Assembly (NCBI GenBank): GCA_033764095.1
Contig: JANRJF010000068.1
Location: 4,199 to 68,198, forward strand
Length of the DNA: 64,000 bases
Source of the DNA: Deltaproteobacteria bacterium
Lineage (GTDB): Bacteria > Desulfobacterota > Binatia > HRBIN30 > CADEER01
Direction of reading: 5' to 3'
Numbering within the stretch: position 1 is the stretch's first letter; every line of letters begins with the position of its first letter. The notes beneath the pieces were generated by a model. It did not search any database and was not told the origin of the DNA. It saw only the letters and a program-made list of their open reading frames with translations. Shown piece after piece: positions 1 through 8,098 of the stretch. Made by a program: the position numbers and the translations under genes.

Positions 1-318
1 AACCCGGCGGTCGTCACCAACTCGTTCTCGCGCCTCGAGTACGGCACCAAGGGCCGCGCGGTTGACGGGACCGCCGCCGCGGCGCCGGCGGACGCGGCCG
101 CGGCCGCTGCGGCCGGCAGCTCGCCAGCCCATCCGAGCGACGATCGCCGCCAGCGCCTCGAGCACCGGCTGCGCAGCAATCTCGCCCACCTGGCGCTGCT
201 GCAAGCGGCGCCGGGCGGTGATGCGGGCCGCGCCGAGTTGCAGAACACGTTGACCGACGCGGTGCGCGCCGACCGCGCCGCGCTGGCGGCGCTGGCGCAG
301 GACGAGCCGGCGCCGTGA
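1..318 (+). CDS. 3' end of an upstream ORF (5'-partial), possibly another pilus/pseudopilin component; Ala-rich C-terminus
   Basis: Frame 1 is open from position 1 to a TGA at 316-318. It is co-oriented with, and overlaps the start of, the following prepilin-like gene. No recognisable domain; a minus-strand ORF (14..472) is also open here. Confidence 0.3.
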   Translation, partial: NPAVVTNSFSRLEYGTKGRAVDGTAAAAPADAAAAAAAGSSPAHPSDDRRQRLEHRLRSNLAHLALLQAAPGGDAGRAELQNTLTDAVRADRAALAALAQDEPAP

Positions 319-689
319 CGGACCAGAAGGGCATGGGGCTGATCGAGGTCATCGTCGGCCTCGGGCTGCTCGCCGTCTGCATCATCGGCATGAACGCGCT
401 GGTGATGTCGCTGATCCGCGGCAACCTGAGTGCGCGGCTCACCGACCAGGCGAGCCGGCTGGCGCAGACCAAGATCGAGGAGTTGCGCGGCGCCGGCTAC
501 GACAAGGCGACGGTCGGCAGCAGCACCGATCTGTGGTGGTCGGCGGCCGCCGGCGGCAGTGTCGCCTTCCAGCGCACGACGACGATCGCCGCCGGGCCGG
601 TGGCGAACACGCGCGCGGTGACGGTGACGGTCAGCTGGACCGACCGCGGCAAGCGCAGCGAGACCTTCACCTCGGAGCTGGCGCCGTGA
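315..689 (+). CDS. Type IV pilin-like / pseudopilin (PilV/GspH-like minor pilin) with prepilin leader
   Basis: N-terminus is MTDQKG then MGLIEVIVGLGLLAV. This gives Gly at -1, Glu at +5 and a hydrophobic helix, the class III signal cleaved and methylated by prepilin peptidase. GTG start overlaps the upstream stop. Confidence 0.75.
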   Translation: MTDQKGMGLIEVIVGLGLLAVCIIGMNALVMSLIRGNLSARLTDQASRLAQTKIEELRGAGYDKATVGSSTDLWWSAAAGGSVAFQRTTTIAAGPVANTRAVTVTVSWTDRGKRSETFTSELAP

Positions 690-1429
690 AGCGTTCGGCA
701 CACCGCCTCGCCGGCCGCGCCGGGCTGACGCTGATCGAGGTGCTGGTGGTCGCCGGGCTGCTCGGCGTGGTGATGAGCCTCGCGTACGGCAGCGTCATCG
801 CGCAGATGCGCCGCCACGCCGGACAGATGCTGCTGTCCGAGGCGATGCACTCGGGGCGCAGCGCCTTCAACGTGCTCACCGACCAGATCGAGCTCGCCGG
901 CTTCGGCGTGCCCACCGCCAGCACGCCGAGCAAGGCGCCGATGCTGGTCACCACCGACCCCACCAAGCTGAGCTTCTGGGTCAGCACGCGCGCCGTTCAT
1001 TCGTACCTCACCGCCGCGGCGGCGCTGGGGGCGACGACGGTGAAGCTGTTGTCCACCAGCGGGTTGAAGGTCGGCGGCACGGTCTACATCGCCGACGCGA
1101 CGCGCTGGTACAGCGGTACGATCAGCGCCGTGCGCAACGACGCGATCGACGTGAAGCCGGCGCTGACCTACAACTTCCCGGCCGGGTCGTCGCTCACGCC
1201 GGTCGAGCTGGTGACCTTCGACTACGCCGACGGCGCGCTGCGCCGCAACGGCAAGGTGCTGATCCCCAACGTCACCAGCCTGGCCTTCACCTACGATGCG
1301 AAGACGCCGGCGGCGGTGCGCATCGTGACCGTGGCGCTCAGCGTCCAGACGCGCGCCGCCGAGGCGCGCGTCGGGCGCCGCACGGTCAGTCTGGCGACGC
1401 GCGTCGCGCCGCCGCAGCTCGCCCTGTGA
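686..1429 (+). CDS. Type IV pilus minor pilin, PilW-like (prepilin-type N-terminal cleavage/methylation domain)
   Basis: Internal GTG start yields VKRSAHRLAGRAG then LTLIEVLVVAGLLGVVMSLAY, a prepilin motif with Glu at +5. It overlaps the previous stop by 4 nt, consistent with an operon. The 533 start given in the track is probably too far upstream. Confidence 0.7.
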   Translation: MKRSAHRLAGRAGLTLIEVLVVAGLLGVVMSLAYGSVIAQMRRHAGQMLLSEAMHSGRSAFNVLTDQIELAGFGVPTASTPSKAPMLVTTDPTKLSFWVSTRAVHSYLTAAAALGATTVKLLSTSGLKVGGTVYIADATRWYSGTISAVRNDAIDVKPALTYNFPAGSSLTPVELVTFDYADGALRRNGKVLIPNVTSLAFTYDAKTPAAVRIVTVALSVQTRAAEARVGRRTVSLATRVAPPQLAL

Positions 1430-2676
1430 CCGCGATGCGCCGGCGACGGCTGGATCAGCGCGGCTCGGTGATGACGCTGGCGCTCGGCTTCCTGGTGGTG
1501 CTGCTGGTGATCGCCGCCGGCGTGCACAAGCTGGTGCTCGGCCAGCTGCGCTCCGCCGGATCGCTGCGCCAGTCCATCGCCGCCCAGCAGATGGCCGAGG
1601 GCGGCGTGGCGCGCGCGCGCGCCTGGTTCTCCTCGATCAGCTACCAGATGCCGGCGTCGACGCAGCTGGTCAGCGGCGTGCCGACCAAGCTCGCCAGCAA
1701 CAAGGCGGCGGTGGTGCTGCCGACCAATCACCCCGACGCGTACACCGACGCCTACGGCACCGCCCGCAAGGGCGTGGTGGAGGGCTACAAGGCGGTGCTG
1801 ACCAAGCAGACCACGTCGCTCGGAACCTACGACGTGACCGCCTCGCTGATCGCGCAGGAGCCGGAGACCTGGGAGACGCTGGCGACCGCGCAGGTCGGCG
1901 GCGTGAAGCGCGTCGTCGGCGAGCTGCTGATGCGCGAGGCGCAGGTGCTGTTCTCCGACGCGCTGTTCGGCGCCAACGGGGTCAGCCTGGTCGGCAACGC
2001 CAGCACCGACGGTTACGACGCGAGCCTCGGCGGCTATGGCGGCGCCAACCTGTTCGACACCGGCAGCGTGCGCAGCAACCTCGGCATCAGCCTCAGCGGC
2101 AACGCGACGGTGCGCGGCGACGCGATGCCGGGCCCGACCAGCACCGTCAGCCTGAGCGGCAACAGCAAGGTCACCGGACTGACCGACCCGGCGAAGAGCG
2201 ACAAGGCGCTGGCGCCGGCCAGCGTGCCGGCCAACGCCGTCGCGCTCGGTGAGCTGAAGCTGAGCGGCAACTCGACGCGCACGCTCAGCGCCGGCACCTA
2301 CGTCGCCACCTCGCTGGCGATCTCCGGCAACAGTGAATTGATCATCAACGCCGCCGCCGGGCCGGTGGTGCTGTACGTCACCGGCGCGATCGACATCAGC
2401 GGCAACGGGATCAGCAACGCACTCAAGCCGAAGGACTTCAGCCTGGTGCAGGTCGGCGGCGCGTCGGTGCAGTTCTCCGGCAACGCCGTCTATACCGGCA
2501 CCGTCTACGCCCCCGAGTCGGCCCTGTCGGTGAACGGCAACGGCGTCTTCTTCGGCTCCTACGTCGGCGAGTCGGTGAATCTGAACGGCAACGCCGTCAT
2601 CCACTACGACCGCTCGCTGCGCTCGTTGAGCGGTCCGCCCGGTCCGCTGCGCGTCGTTGCGCAGTGGCACCAGTAG
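1426..2676 (+). CDS. PilX-like pilus assembly/tip protein, unusually long (416 aa), with C-terminal repetitive SGN/NGN beta-helix-like repeats
   Basis: N-terminal hydrophobic segment MTLALGFLVVLLVIAAGV resembles the PilX N-terminal domain. The C-terminal half carries repeated motifs: LSGNSKVTG, ISGNSELI, ISGNGISN, FSGNAVYTG, VNGNGVFFG, LNGNAVIHYD. Start overlaps the previous stop (GTGA). Confidence 0.65.
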   Translation: MTAMRRRRLDQRGSVMTLALGFLVVLLVIAAGVHKLVLGQLRSAGSLRQSIAAQQMAEGGVARARAWFSSISYQMPASTQLVSGVPTKLASNKAAVVLPTNHPDAYTDAYGTARKGVVEGYKAVLTKQTTSLGTYDVTASLIAQEPETWETLATAQVGGVKRVVGELLMREAQVLFSDALFGANGVSLVGNASTDGYDASLGGYGGANLFDTGSVRSNLGISLSGNATVRGDAMPGPTSTVSLSGNSKVTGLTDPAKSDKALAPASVPANAVALGELKLSGNSTRTLSAGTYVATSLAISGNSELIINAAAGPVVLYVTGAIDISGNGISNALKPKDFSLVQVGGASVQFSGNAVYTGTVYAPESALSVNGNGVFFGSYVGESVNLNGNAVIHYDRSLRSLSGPPGPLRVVAQWHQ

Positions 2677-2678
2677 GC

Positions 2679-2703
2679 GGCTGGCGCCGTTTCGGCGCCA
2701 GCC
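2679..2703 (+). terminator. Perfect hairpin GGCTGGCGCC-GTTTC-GGCGCCAGCC 3 nt after the pilX-like stop (10-bp stem, 5-nt loop); intrinsic terminator candidate without a U-tract
   Basis: Read directly from the sequence. It lies between convergent genes. Confidence 0.5.
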
Positions 2704-2708
2704 GCGCA

Positions 2709-2790
2709 TATCGCCTATCGCCTATGGCCTATCGTCGGAAAAAGCAGAACGGATCTTCCGACGACAGGCGATCAGCGACAGGCCATAGGC
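2709..2790. repeat. Four tandem heptamers (TATCGCC TATCGCC TATGGCC TATCGTC) leading into a long imperfect hairpin (CCTATGGCC...TCGTCGGAA / TTCCGACGA...GGCCATAGG)
   Basis: Seen directly in the convergent intergenic region between the pilX-like gene and the metE-like gene. Confidence 0.5.
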
Positions 2791-2842
2791 GGTCTGAGGC
2801 CGCGATGGGTGGTCGGCGGCCGGGCGCGAGCTCCAGCGGCGC

Positions 2843-4003
2843 TCAGAACAATCGCTGGCTGGCCAGCGCGGCGCCGTCGCGCAGCGCGCGCAGCTTCTCC
2901 CACGCCACCTCGTGCGCCACCGCGCCGAGGCCGGCGGCGGTGTCGAAGCCGCAGTCGGTGCCGGCCAGCACGCGGCGCGGGTCGCCGACCGCGTCCGCCG
3001 CGCTCTCGAGTCGTTGCGCGACGACCTCGGGATGCTCGACGTAGTTGGTGGTCGGATCGATGACCCCGGCGATCAGCAGCCAGTCGTCGGGCAGGCGATG
3101 GCGGGTGAAGCACCGGTGCTCGTGGGCGTGGCGAGGGTTGGCCAGCGAGAGCACCAGCGCGCCGACGCGCGCCTGGTAGAGCAGCGGCAAGAGGTCGTCG
3201 AGCGGCGTGTCGAGCGTGTGCGGCCCCTCGTAGTTGCCCCAGCAGAGGTGCAGGCGCACCTGCGCCGCCGGCACGTGGGCGAGCGCGCGGTTGAGCGCCG
3301 CGACGTTCGCCTCGACCCAGGCGAGAAAGTCGCGCAAGGGGCGGTCGGCGAACGAGGTGTGGCGCTCCATCGCCAGGTCGGGGGCGTCGATCTGCAGCAC
3401 CAGGCCGCGCGCCGCCACCGCTTCGTACTCCGGCGCCATGGCGGTCGCGACCGCGTCGCGGTACTCGGCCTCGCTGGCGTAGTGCGCGTTGCGCATGGCA
3501 GCGACGATGATGCCGGGCGAGGCGGCGGTGACGAAGCGCTCGGCGAACGGCGTCGGCGCCGCGGCGCTGAGGCGCAGCAAGCGGTCGAGCTCGGCGGCGA
3601 GCGGTGCGCCGTCGGCGTGGTGCACCGGACCGATCGCCTGCGGCGTGCGCAGCAGGCTGACCATGTCGCGCTGGAGCTCGGGCAGCTTGAGCTGCAGGAA
3701 GCTGGGGAAGGCGACCAGGTCGCGCATGATCGGCCGCTGCTCCTGGCCGCCGAAGCCGGACAGGCGGTCGCGCACGTAGGTGATGAAGCTCTCGCGGCCC
3801 TGCTCGCCGTCGTTGCCGACGTCGATGCCGCAGGCGCGCTGCTGCGCGATGACCTCGCGCGTCGCCGCTTCGACCGCCTCCGCCAGCGCCCCGGCGTCCA
3901 CCGCCGCGCCGCGGCTCTGCGCCACCAGCAGGTCGACCAGTGCGCGCGGCCGCGGCAGGCTGCCGGCGTGGGTGGTGAGGATGCGCTCGGCGCTGTGCAA
4001 CAT
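2843..4003 (-). CDS. Cobalamin-independent methionine synthase MetE C-terminal-like / UroD-like methyltransferase family protein
   Basis: 386 aa starting MLHSAERILTTHAGSLPRP. Motifs such as LHLCWGNYEGPH and DCGF are typical of the MetE C-terminal/UroD fold. Start chosen at an internal Met. The surrounding longer ORFs are in other frames. Confidence 0.7.
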   Translation of the reverse strand: MLHSAERILTTHAGSLPRPRALVDLLVAQSRGAAVDAGALAEAVEAATREVIAQQRACGIDVGNDGEQGRESFITYVRDRLSGFGGQEQRPIMRDLVAFPSFLQLKLPELQRDMVSLLRTPQAIGPVHHADGAPLAAELDRLLRLSAAAPTPFAERFVTAASPGIIVAAMRNAHYASEAEYRDAVATAMAPEYEAVAARGLVLQIDAPDLAMERHTSFADRPLRDFLAWVEANVAALNRALAHVPAAQVRLHLCWGNYEGPHTLDTPLDDLLPLLYQARVGALVLSLANPRHAHEHRCFTRHRLPDDWLLIAGVIDPTTNYVEHPEVVAQRLESAADAVGDPRRVLAGTDCGFDTAAGLGAVAHEVAWEKLRALRDGAALASQRLF

Positions 4004-4071
4004 GCGGCGGTCTGATACAGGGCGTGCGGGTGGCCCGTCCACCGCGCGGTCGCCATGTGGAGGAGGTGGGA

Positions 4072-4806
4072 ATGCCGAGGTTGCTGAAGCGCGCGGCGCT
4101 GGGATGCGCGGCGCTGGCCGTGATCGGCTGCGGCGGGCGGTCGGCTCCGTCGCCGGGCCCGCCGGCGCCGGTGGTAGCGCCGCCGGTCAACGCCGCCGAG
4201 TTGGTGCGAGCGCTGCGCGGTGGGGGCTTCGTGCTCTTCGTGCGCCACGCCGCCAGCGCGCCGGGCGACGACGGGGCGCGCGTCGTGATCGAGGACTGCC
4301 GGACGCAGCGCAACCTCACCGCCGTCGGGCAGGCGCAGGCGCAGGCGATCCACGCCGCGCTGACGCGCCTGCGCATCCCGATCGGCGAGGTGCGTGCGAG
4401 CCCCTACTGCCGCGCCGCCGACACCGCGCGCCTCGCCTTCGGCTACATGTTGCTCGACAACGACCTGCGCCCGCTGCGCGACGGGCACAGCGCGACGCAC
4501 CTCGCCGCCGTGCGCCACCTGCTCGCAACGCCGCCGGTGCCGGGCACCAACGCGGTGCTGGTCGGTCACGCCGACACCTTTGCCAAGCTCACCGGCATCG
4601 AACTGGGTGAGGGCGACACCGCCGTGGTGCGGCCCGAGCCGGGCGGCGGCAGTTGGACCGTCGTCGGTCGCATCGCCGCCGCGCAGTGGAGCGCCCTCGC
4701 GATCGCGCGCGCCGTCGCTCCGTCGACCGAATCGAACCGCCGCGCCGGCGCGGCGGCAGTCGCGACCGCACCGGTGTCGACCGCCGCGGCCGCCCGGGAG
4801 GGGTGA
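4072..4806 (+). CDS. Histidine phosphatase family (phosphoglycerate mutase-like) lipoprotein
   Basis: Start MPRLLKRAALGCAALAVIGCGG carries a lipobox and follows a GGAGG RBS. FVLFVRHAAS matches the RHG motif region of the histidine phosphatase superfamily. Confidence 0.6.
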   Translation: MPRLLKRAALGCAALAVIGCGGRSAPSPGPPAPVVAPPVNAAELVRALRGGGFVLFVRHAASAPGDDGARVVIEDCRTQRNLTAVGQAQAQAIHAALTRLRIPIGEVRASPYCRAADTARLAFGYMLLDNDLRPLRDGHSATHLAAVRHLLATPPVPGTNAVLVGHADTFAKLTGIELGEGDTAVVRPEPGGGSWTVVGRIAAAQWSALAIARAVAPSTESNRRAGAAAVATAPVSTAAAAREG

Positions 4807-5237
4807 TGACTGGACCGTTGGCATGGTTGTTCCCACCCGTCGTCGAGGGACGCGGCGCGGTGGGTCTGCTGATCCTGCGCCTGATCGCCGGCGCGGCGTT
4901 CCTGCAGCACGGCTGGGGCAAGATCCAGGCGCCGTTCGATTGGATGGGACCGGAAGCGCCGGTGCCGGGTGCCCTGCAGGGACTGGCGGCGGCCGCGGAG
5001 TTCTTCGGCGGCGGCCTCGGCTGGCTGGTCGGCTTCCTCACCCCGATCGCCTCGCTCGGCGTGCTGGCGACGATGAGCGTTGCGGTGCTGTTCCACGCCG
5101 GCCGCGGCGATCCATTTGTCGGCACCGGCGGTCCGTCGTACGAGCTCGCGCTGGTCTACTGGGCGATGGCGCTGATGTTGACGCTGCTCGGTCCGGGTCG
5201 CTACTCGCTCGACGCGCAGCTGTTCGCCAGGAAGTAG
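4806..5237 (+). CDS. DoxX family membrane protein
   Basis: Residues LLILRLIAGAAFLQHGWGKI form the DoxX signature, followed by multiple TM helices. ATG overlaps the previous stop (ATGA). Confidence 0.7.
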   Translation: MTGPLAWLFPPVVEGRGAVGLLILRLIAGAAFLQHGWGKIQAPFDWMGPEAPVPGALQGLAAAAEFFGGGLGWLVGFLTPIASLGVLATMSVAVLFHAGRGDPFVGTGGPSYELALVYWAMALMLTLLGPGRYSLDAQLFARK

Positions 5238-5282
5238 CTCGCGCCTCGCGACCGGCGTTGTGCGCGACGTCTGAACTCGGAC

Positions 5283-5395
5283 CCCCATCCTGGCCTTCCC
5301 CCGCTGACGCGGGGGAAGGAAGCGGAGCCACGAACCGAGTTGGTGTCCTTGCTTGTCTCCTTCCCCCGCGCAGCGGGGGAAGGTCGGGATGGGGG
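5283..5395. repeat. REP-like palindromic element: two GC hairpins (CCTTCCCCCGC-TGAC-GCGGGGGAAGG and CCTTCCCCCGC-GCA-GCGGGGGAAGG) nested inside outer CCCCCATCC/GGATGGGGG arms; probable bidirectional terminator
   Basis: Read directly from the sequence. It lies between convergent genes (the DoxX stop at 5237 and the lipoprotein stop at 5457). Confidence 0.55.
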
Positions 5396-5456
5396 CCGAA
5401 CCGAATGCTTGGCAAGCCGCTCGCGTGGGCTTCCGAACAACGCCGACCCCAGGTCC

Positions 5457-6464
5457 TCACTCACAACCGACGACGACCAGATCCCGGCACGACGACACGA
5501 CTTGTTCCGGGACGCCATTCCCGTCCGCGTCGAGGCTGACGCCGCCGTCGAGTCCGATTTCCGCCGCCGCGCCGCTCGGCAGTCGCAGGCTGCCCGATCC
5601 TGACGGACACGTCGCGGCGCCGTCGGTTTCGACCTCGAATCCGAACCCTCCCGCGCAGGCGAGGTCGGCGTCGCCGCTAAGCCGCGTGCCGGCGCTCAGC
5701 ACCAGGTCGTGCAGCGCCGCGCGCACCGTGCGCCCGCCGGCGGCGTCGCTGAACGTGGCGACCCCGTTGCCCACCACGCGCGCCGCCGCGCCGCCGTCGA
5801 GCCGCCGCGCCAGGCGCAACCGGTCGCTGTCGATGCGGATGTCGGTGCCGTCGTCGCGCCGGATTCCGACCCGACCGCTCAATTCGACGTCGGCCTGCCG
5901 CGCGCCGCCGAGCGGCGTGACCTTCTCCGTCAGCTGCGGCGCGTCGAACGCCTCGACGACGCGCGGGCCGTCGCGCACCACGGCCTGGAACTGGCGGTAG
6001 CGATAGGTGCGCGGCAACGCGTCGGGCAGCTCGCCGCTACGGCAGACGTCGGGCGCGGCGATCGTCACGCGCAGCTCGCCGTCGAGCGTGACGCGGTACC
6101 CGCTCGCCGCGTCGAGCAGCTCGCACTGCGCGGCGCGGGAGGTCACCACGGCGCGCCCGCCGTCGGCGCGGCAGTTGGCGGCGAGCACGCCGCCGTTCAG
6201 GCACTGGGCCGCCTGCGCCGGGCCGTCGGACATCGCCGCGATGCCGGAAGTCGCCGGCGCATCGCCGCTCAGTGCGCGCAGCGCGGCGATGAAGGTCAGT
6301 GCCGCGCCAGCGCCGGTCTCGACCGCCTGCGCGTCGCTCAAGGCGACGGCCGGAGTCGGAACCGTCTGTTCGCTCGTGTCGCCGCCGCCACCGCTGCCGC
6401 CCCCGCAGCCGGCCGCGGCGATGGTTGTCGCCAGCAGCCCGCCGACCCAACGCGCCAGTCGCAT
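5457..6464 (-). CDS. Hypothetical lipoprotein (335 aa)
   Basis: Start MRLARWVGGLLATTIAAAGCGGGSGGGG has a lipobox and is preceded by GGGGAGGG. The upstream part of the 640-aa track ORF overlaps the next gene in another frame and was trimmed. Confidence 0.5.
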   Translation of the reverse strand: MRLARWVGGLLATTIAAAGCGGGSGGGGDTSEQTVPTPAVALSDAQAVETGAGAALTFIAALRALSGDAPATSGIAAMSDGPAQAAQCLNGGVLAANCRADGGRAVVTSRAAQCELLDAASGYRVTLDGELRVTIAAPDVCRSGELPDALPRTYRYRQFQAVVRDGPRVVEAFDAPQLTEKVTPLGGARQADVELSGRVGIRRDDGTDIRIDSDRLRLARRLDGGAAARVVGNGVATFSDAAGGRTVRAALHDLVLSAGTRLSGDADLACAGGFGFEVETDGAATCPSGSGSLRLPSGAAAEIGLDGGVSLDADGNGVPEQVVSSCRDLVVVGCE

Positions 6465-6613
6465 GACCGCCCTCCCCGGGGCGAGGAACGCATCTCCCCC
6501 CCTGCAGAAGAGACGTTGCAGCAGCCGTGACAACGTTCGTCGTGCGCGGGGATACCCGCTCGCCATGGCGACACCGTGGCGCCGCGGCTTGTCGTGGTCG
6601 TGTCTGGTGGCGT

Positions 6614-8098
6614 TCAGGGGAACGGCAGGCGGCCGCGCGGCGCGTTGGAGGCCGCGGCAGCCGGCGGGCCGTCGCGGCCATACAGCGCGGCGGTCTCGTC
6701 GGTGTAGAGCAGATGCCACTCCGGGCGCTGGTCGAGCGGAGTGGGCAGGCCGCGCGGCGCGAGCACCAGCGTGGTCGGGTAGGCGTCGAGCAGGCGGGCG
6801 CCGGCCGGGTCGCCGTCGCCGCGGAAGAAGGCGAAGCCGTCCTCGACCGTCGCCGGCGGGTAGACGGTGGCGAAGCGGCCGTCGAGCGAGACGGCGATCG
6901 CCGGCGCGAGGTGCCAGAGCGCGTAGCCGCCCCAGTCGAGCGGCAAAGCGAGGTTGCCGCGCGTGCCGCTGCTGGCGAGGTAGCGTACCGCGCCGACCGG
7001 GTAGTCGCGCGCCTCGAACACCAGGCGTGGTCCGTCGCCGGCCAGCCGCGCGCCGAGCAGCGCCAGCTGCAGCGTCGCGAGCCCGGCCAATGCGGCGGCC
7101 AGGGCGCCGGTGGCGGCGGCGGAGAAGCGAAAGCGGGCGCGCGCCGCCAGCCAGGCGAGCGCCGCGTCGGCCTGGTCGGCGAGCGGCGCCGCGGCGCAGA
7201 GTGCGAACAGCGGGGTGTGGCGCTGCTGGCGCAGCGCGAGAGCGGCGAGGCCGGCGACCAACAGCGCCCACCACCAGTGGCGGCGCAGCAGCCGTGCAAA
7301 CGGCAGCGTCGCGAGCCAGGCGGCGAGCAGGACGAGGAACGGTCGTTGCGCCGGATCGGCGAGCTGCACCGGTTGCCATTCGCTGAGCGGATGCGGCGCG
7401 CTGAGCTCGCGCACGACGTAGGCGAACAGGTCGGCGCCGTAGGGCGTCAGGCAGGCGCCGACGGTGGCGGCCAGGACGAAGCGGATGGCGCTGATCTCAC
7501 GCTTCTGGACAACCTGTTGGCCGACATAGAGCCCGAGGATGCCGAGGCCGACGACCACCGCGCCGTGTGCGTTCGACCACAGTGTGAAGGCGGCGACGAC
7601 GGCGGGTAGCGTGCGCCAGCTGGGGCGCGGGGTGCGGTCGAGCCAGACCAGCAGGGCGGCGACGGCGAGCGCGGTGACGATCTGCGGGCGCACGGCGTAG
7701 CCGCGCGACAGTGCGGCCAGCGCCAGCACCATCACCGGGCCGCGCGCCCACCAGTTGGCGGCGTGGCGGGCGATCAGCGTCCACAGCAGCGCGGCGGTCA
7801 GCAGCGCAACGGCGAGCTTGGCGAGCCACAGCGCGGTGCCGCCGCCGTGCGCGAACAGCCAGGCGAAGACGACCTGGGTGAGCCACTCGTGATCGACCCA
7901 GGCGGCGCCGGCGGCGGTGTACGACGCATCGTCGACGCGCGGCACGGCGCCGAGCGCGAGGATGCGGCGGCCGCTGAACAGGTGCACCCAGAGGTCGTTG
8001 TCGGCCTCGTTGTCGGCGAGGAAGTAGAGTGCGCTGCTGGCGATCAGCAGCATCCAGGCGCGGGCCAACCAGGTGTCGGCAGGGCCGGCGTTGCTCAC
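6614..8098 (-). CDS. Multi-pass integral membrane protein, GT-C-fold glycosyltransferase-like (function unknown)
   Basis: 494 aa with about 10 predicted TM segments rich in W, L and A, plus a C-terminal soluble domain. This resembles polyprenyl-phosphate-dependent glycosyltransferases such as ArnT, PMT and Emb. Start overlaps the SppA stop (GTGA). Confidence 0.5.
   Translation of the reverse strand: MSNAGPADTWLARAWMLLIASSALYFLADNEADNDLWVHLFSGRRILALGAVPRVDDASYTAAGAAWVDHEWLTQVVFAWLFAHGGGTALWLAKLAVALLTAALLWTLIARHAANWWARGPVMVLALAALSRGYAVRPQIVTALAVAALLVWLDRTPRPSWRTLPAVVAAFTLWSNAHGAVVVGLGILGLYVGQQVVQKREISAIRFVLAATVGACLTPYGADLFAYVVRELSAPHPLSEWQPVQLADPAQRPFLVLLAAWLATLPFARLLRRHWWWALLVAGLAALALRQQRHTPLFALCAAAPLADQADAALAWLAARARFRFSAAATGALAAALAGLATLQLALLGARLAGDGPRLVFEARDYPVGAVRYLASSGTRGNLALPLDWGGYALWHLAPAIAVSLDGRFATVYPPATVEDGFAFFRGDGDPAGARLLDAYPTTLVLAPRGLPTPLDQRPEWHLLYTDETAALYGRDGPPAAAASNAPRGRLPFP

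Noticed and set aside
1291-2709. 472-aa minus-strand ORF antisense to the pilW/pilX-like genes
   Set aside because: Arg/Ala/Gly/His-rich low-complexity translation typical of off-frame reading of about 72% GC DNA. It fully overlaps pilin-family genes on the other strand that carry recognisable motifs.
4004-4071. Possible SAM or B12 riboswitch upstream of the metE-like gene
   Set aside because: The leader is only about 68 nt and lacks the conserved riboswitch cores. Too short for either aptamer.
2772-4836. Stack of long overlapping ORFs (534 aa and 587 aa minus; 367 aa and 276 aa plus) around the metE-like gene
   Set aside because: All overlap the MetE-like CDS in other frames, are R/A/G/P-rich, and lack any domain signature. 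Only the 2843-4003 minus frame carries MetE/UroD motifs.
5457-7379. 640-aa minus ORF reported as a single gene
   Set aside because: Only the C-terminal 335 aa (from MRLARWV..., which has a lipobox and an RBS) look like a real protein. The N-terminal 300 aa are Arg/Pro/Ala-rich and overlap the GT-C-like gene (6614-8098) in another frame.
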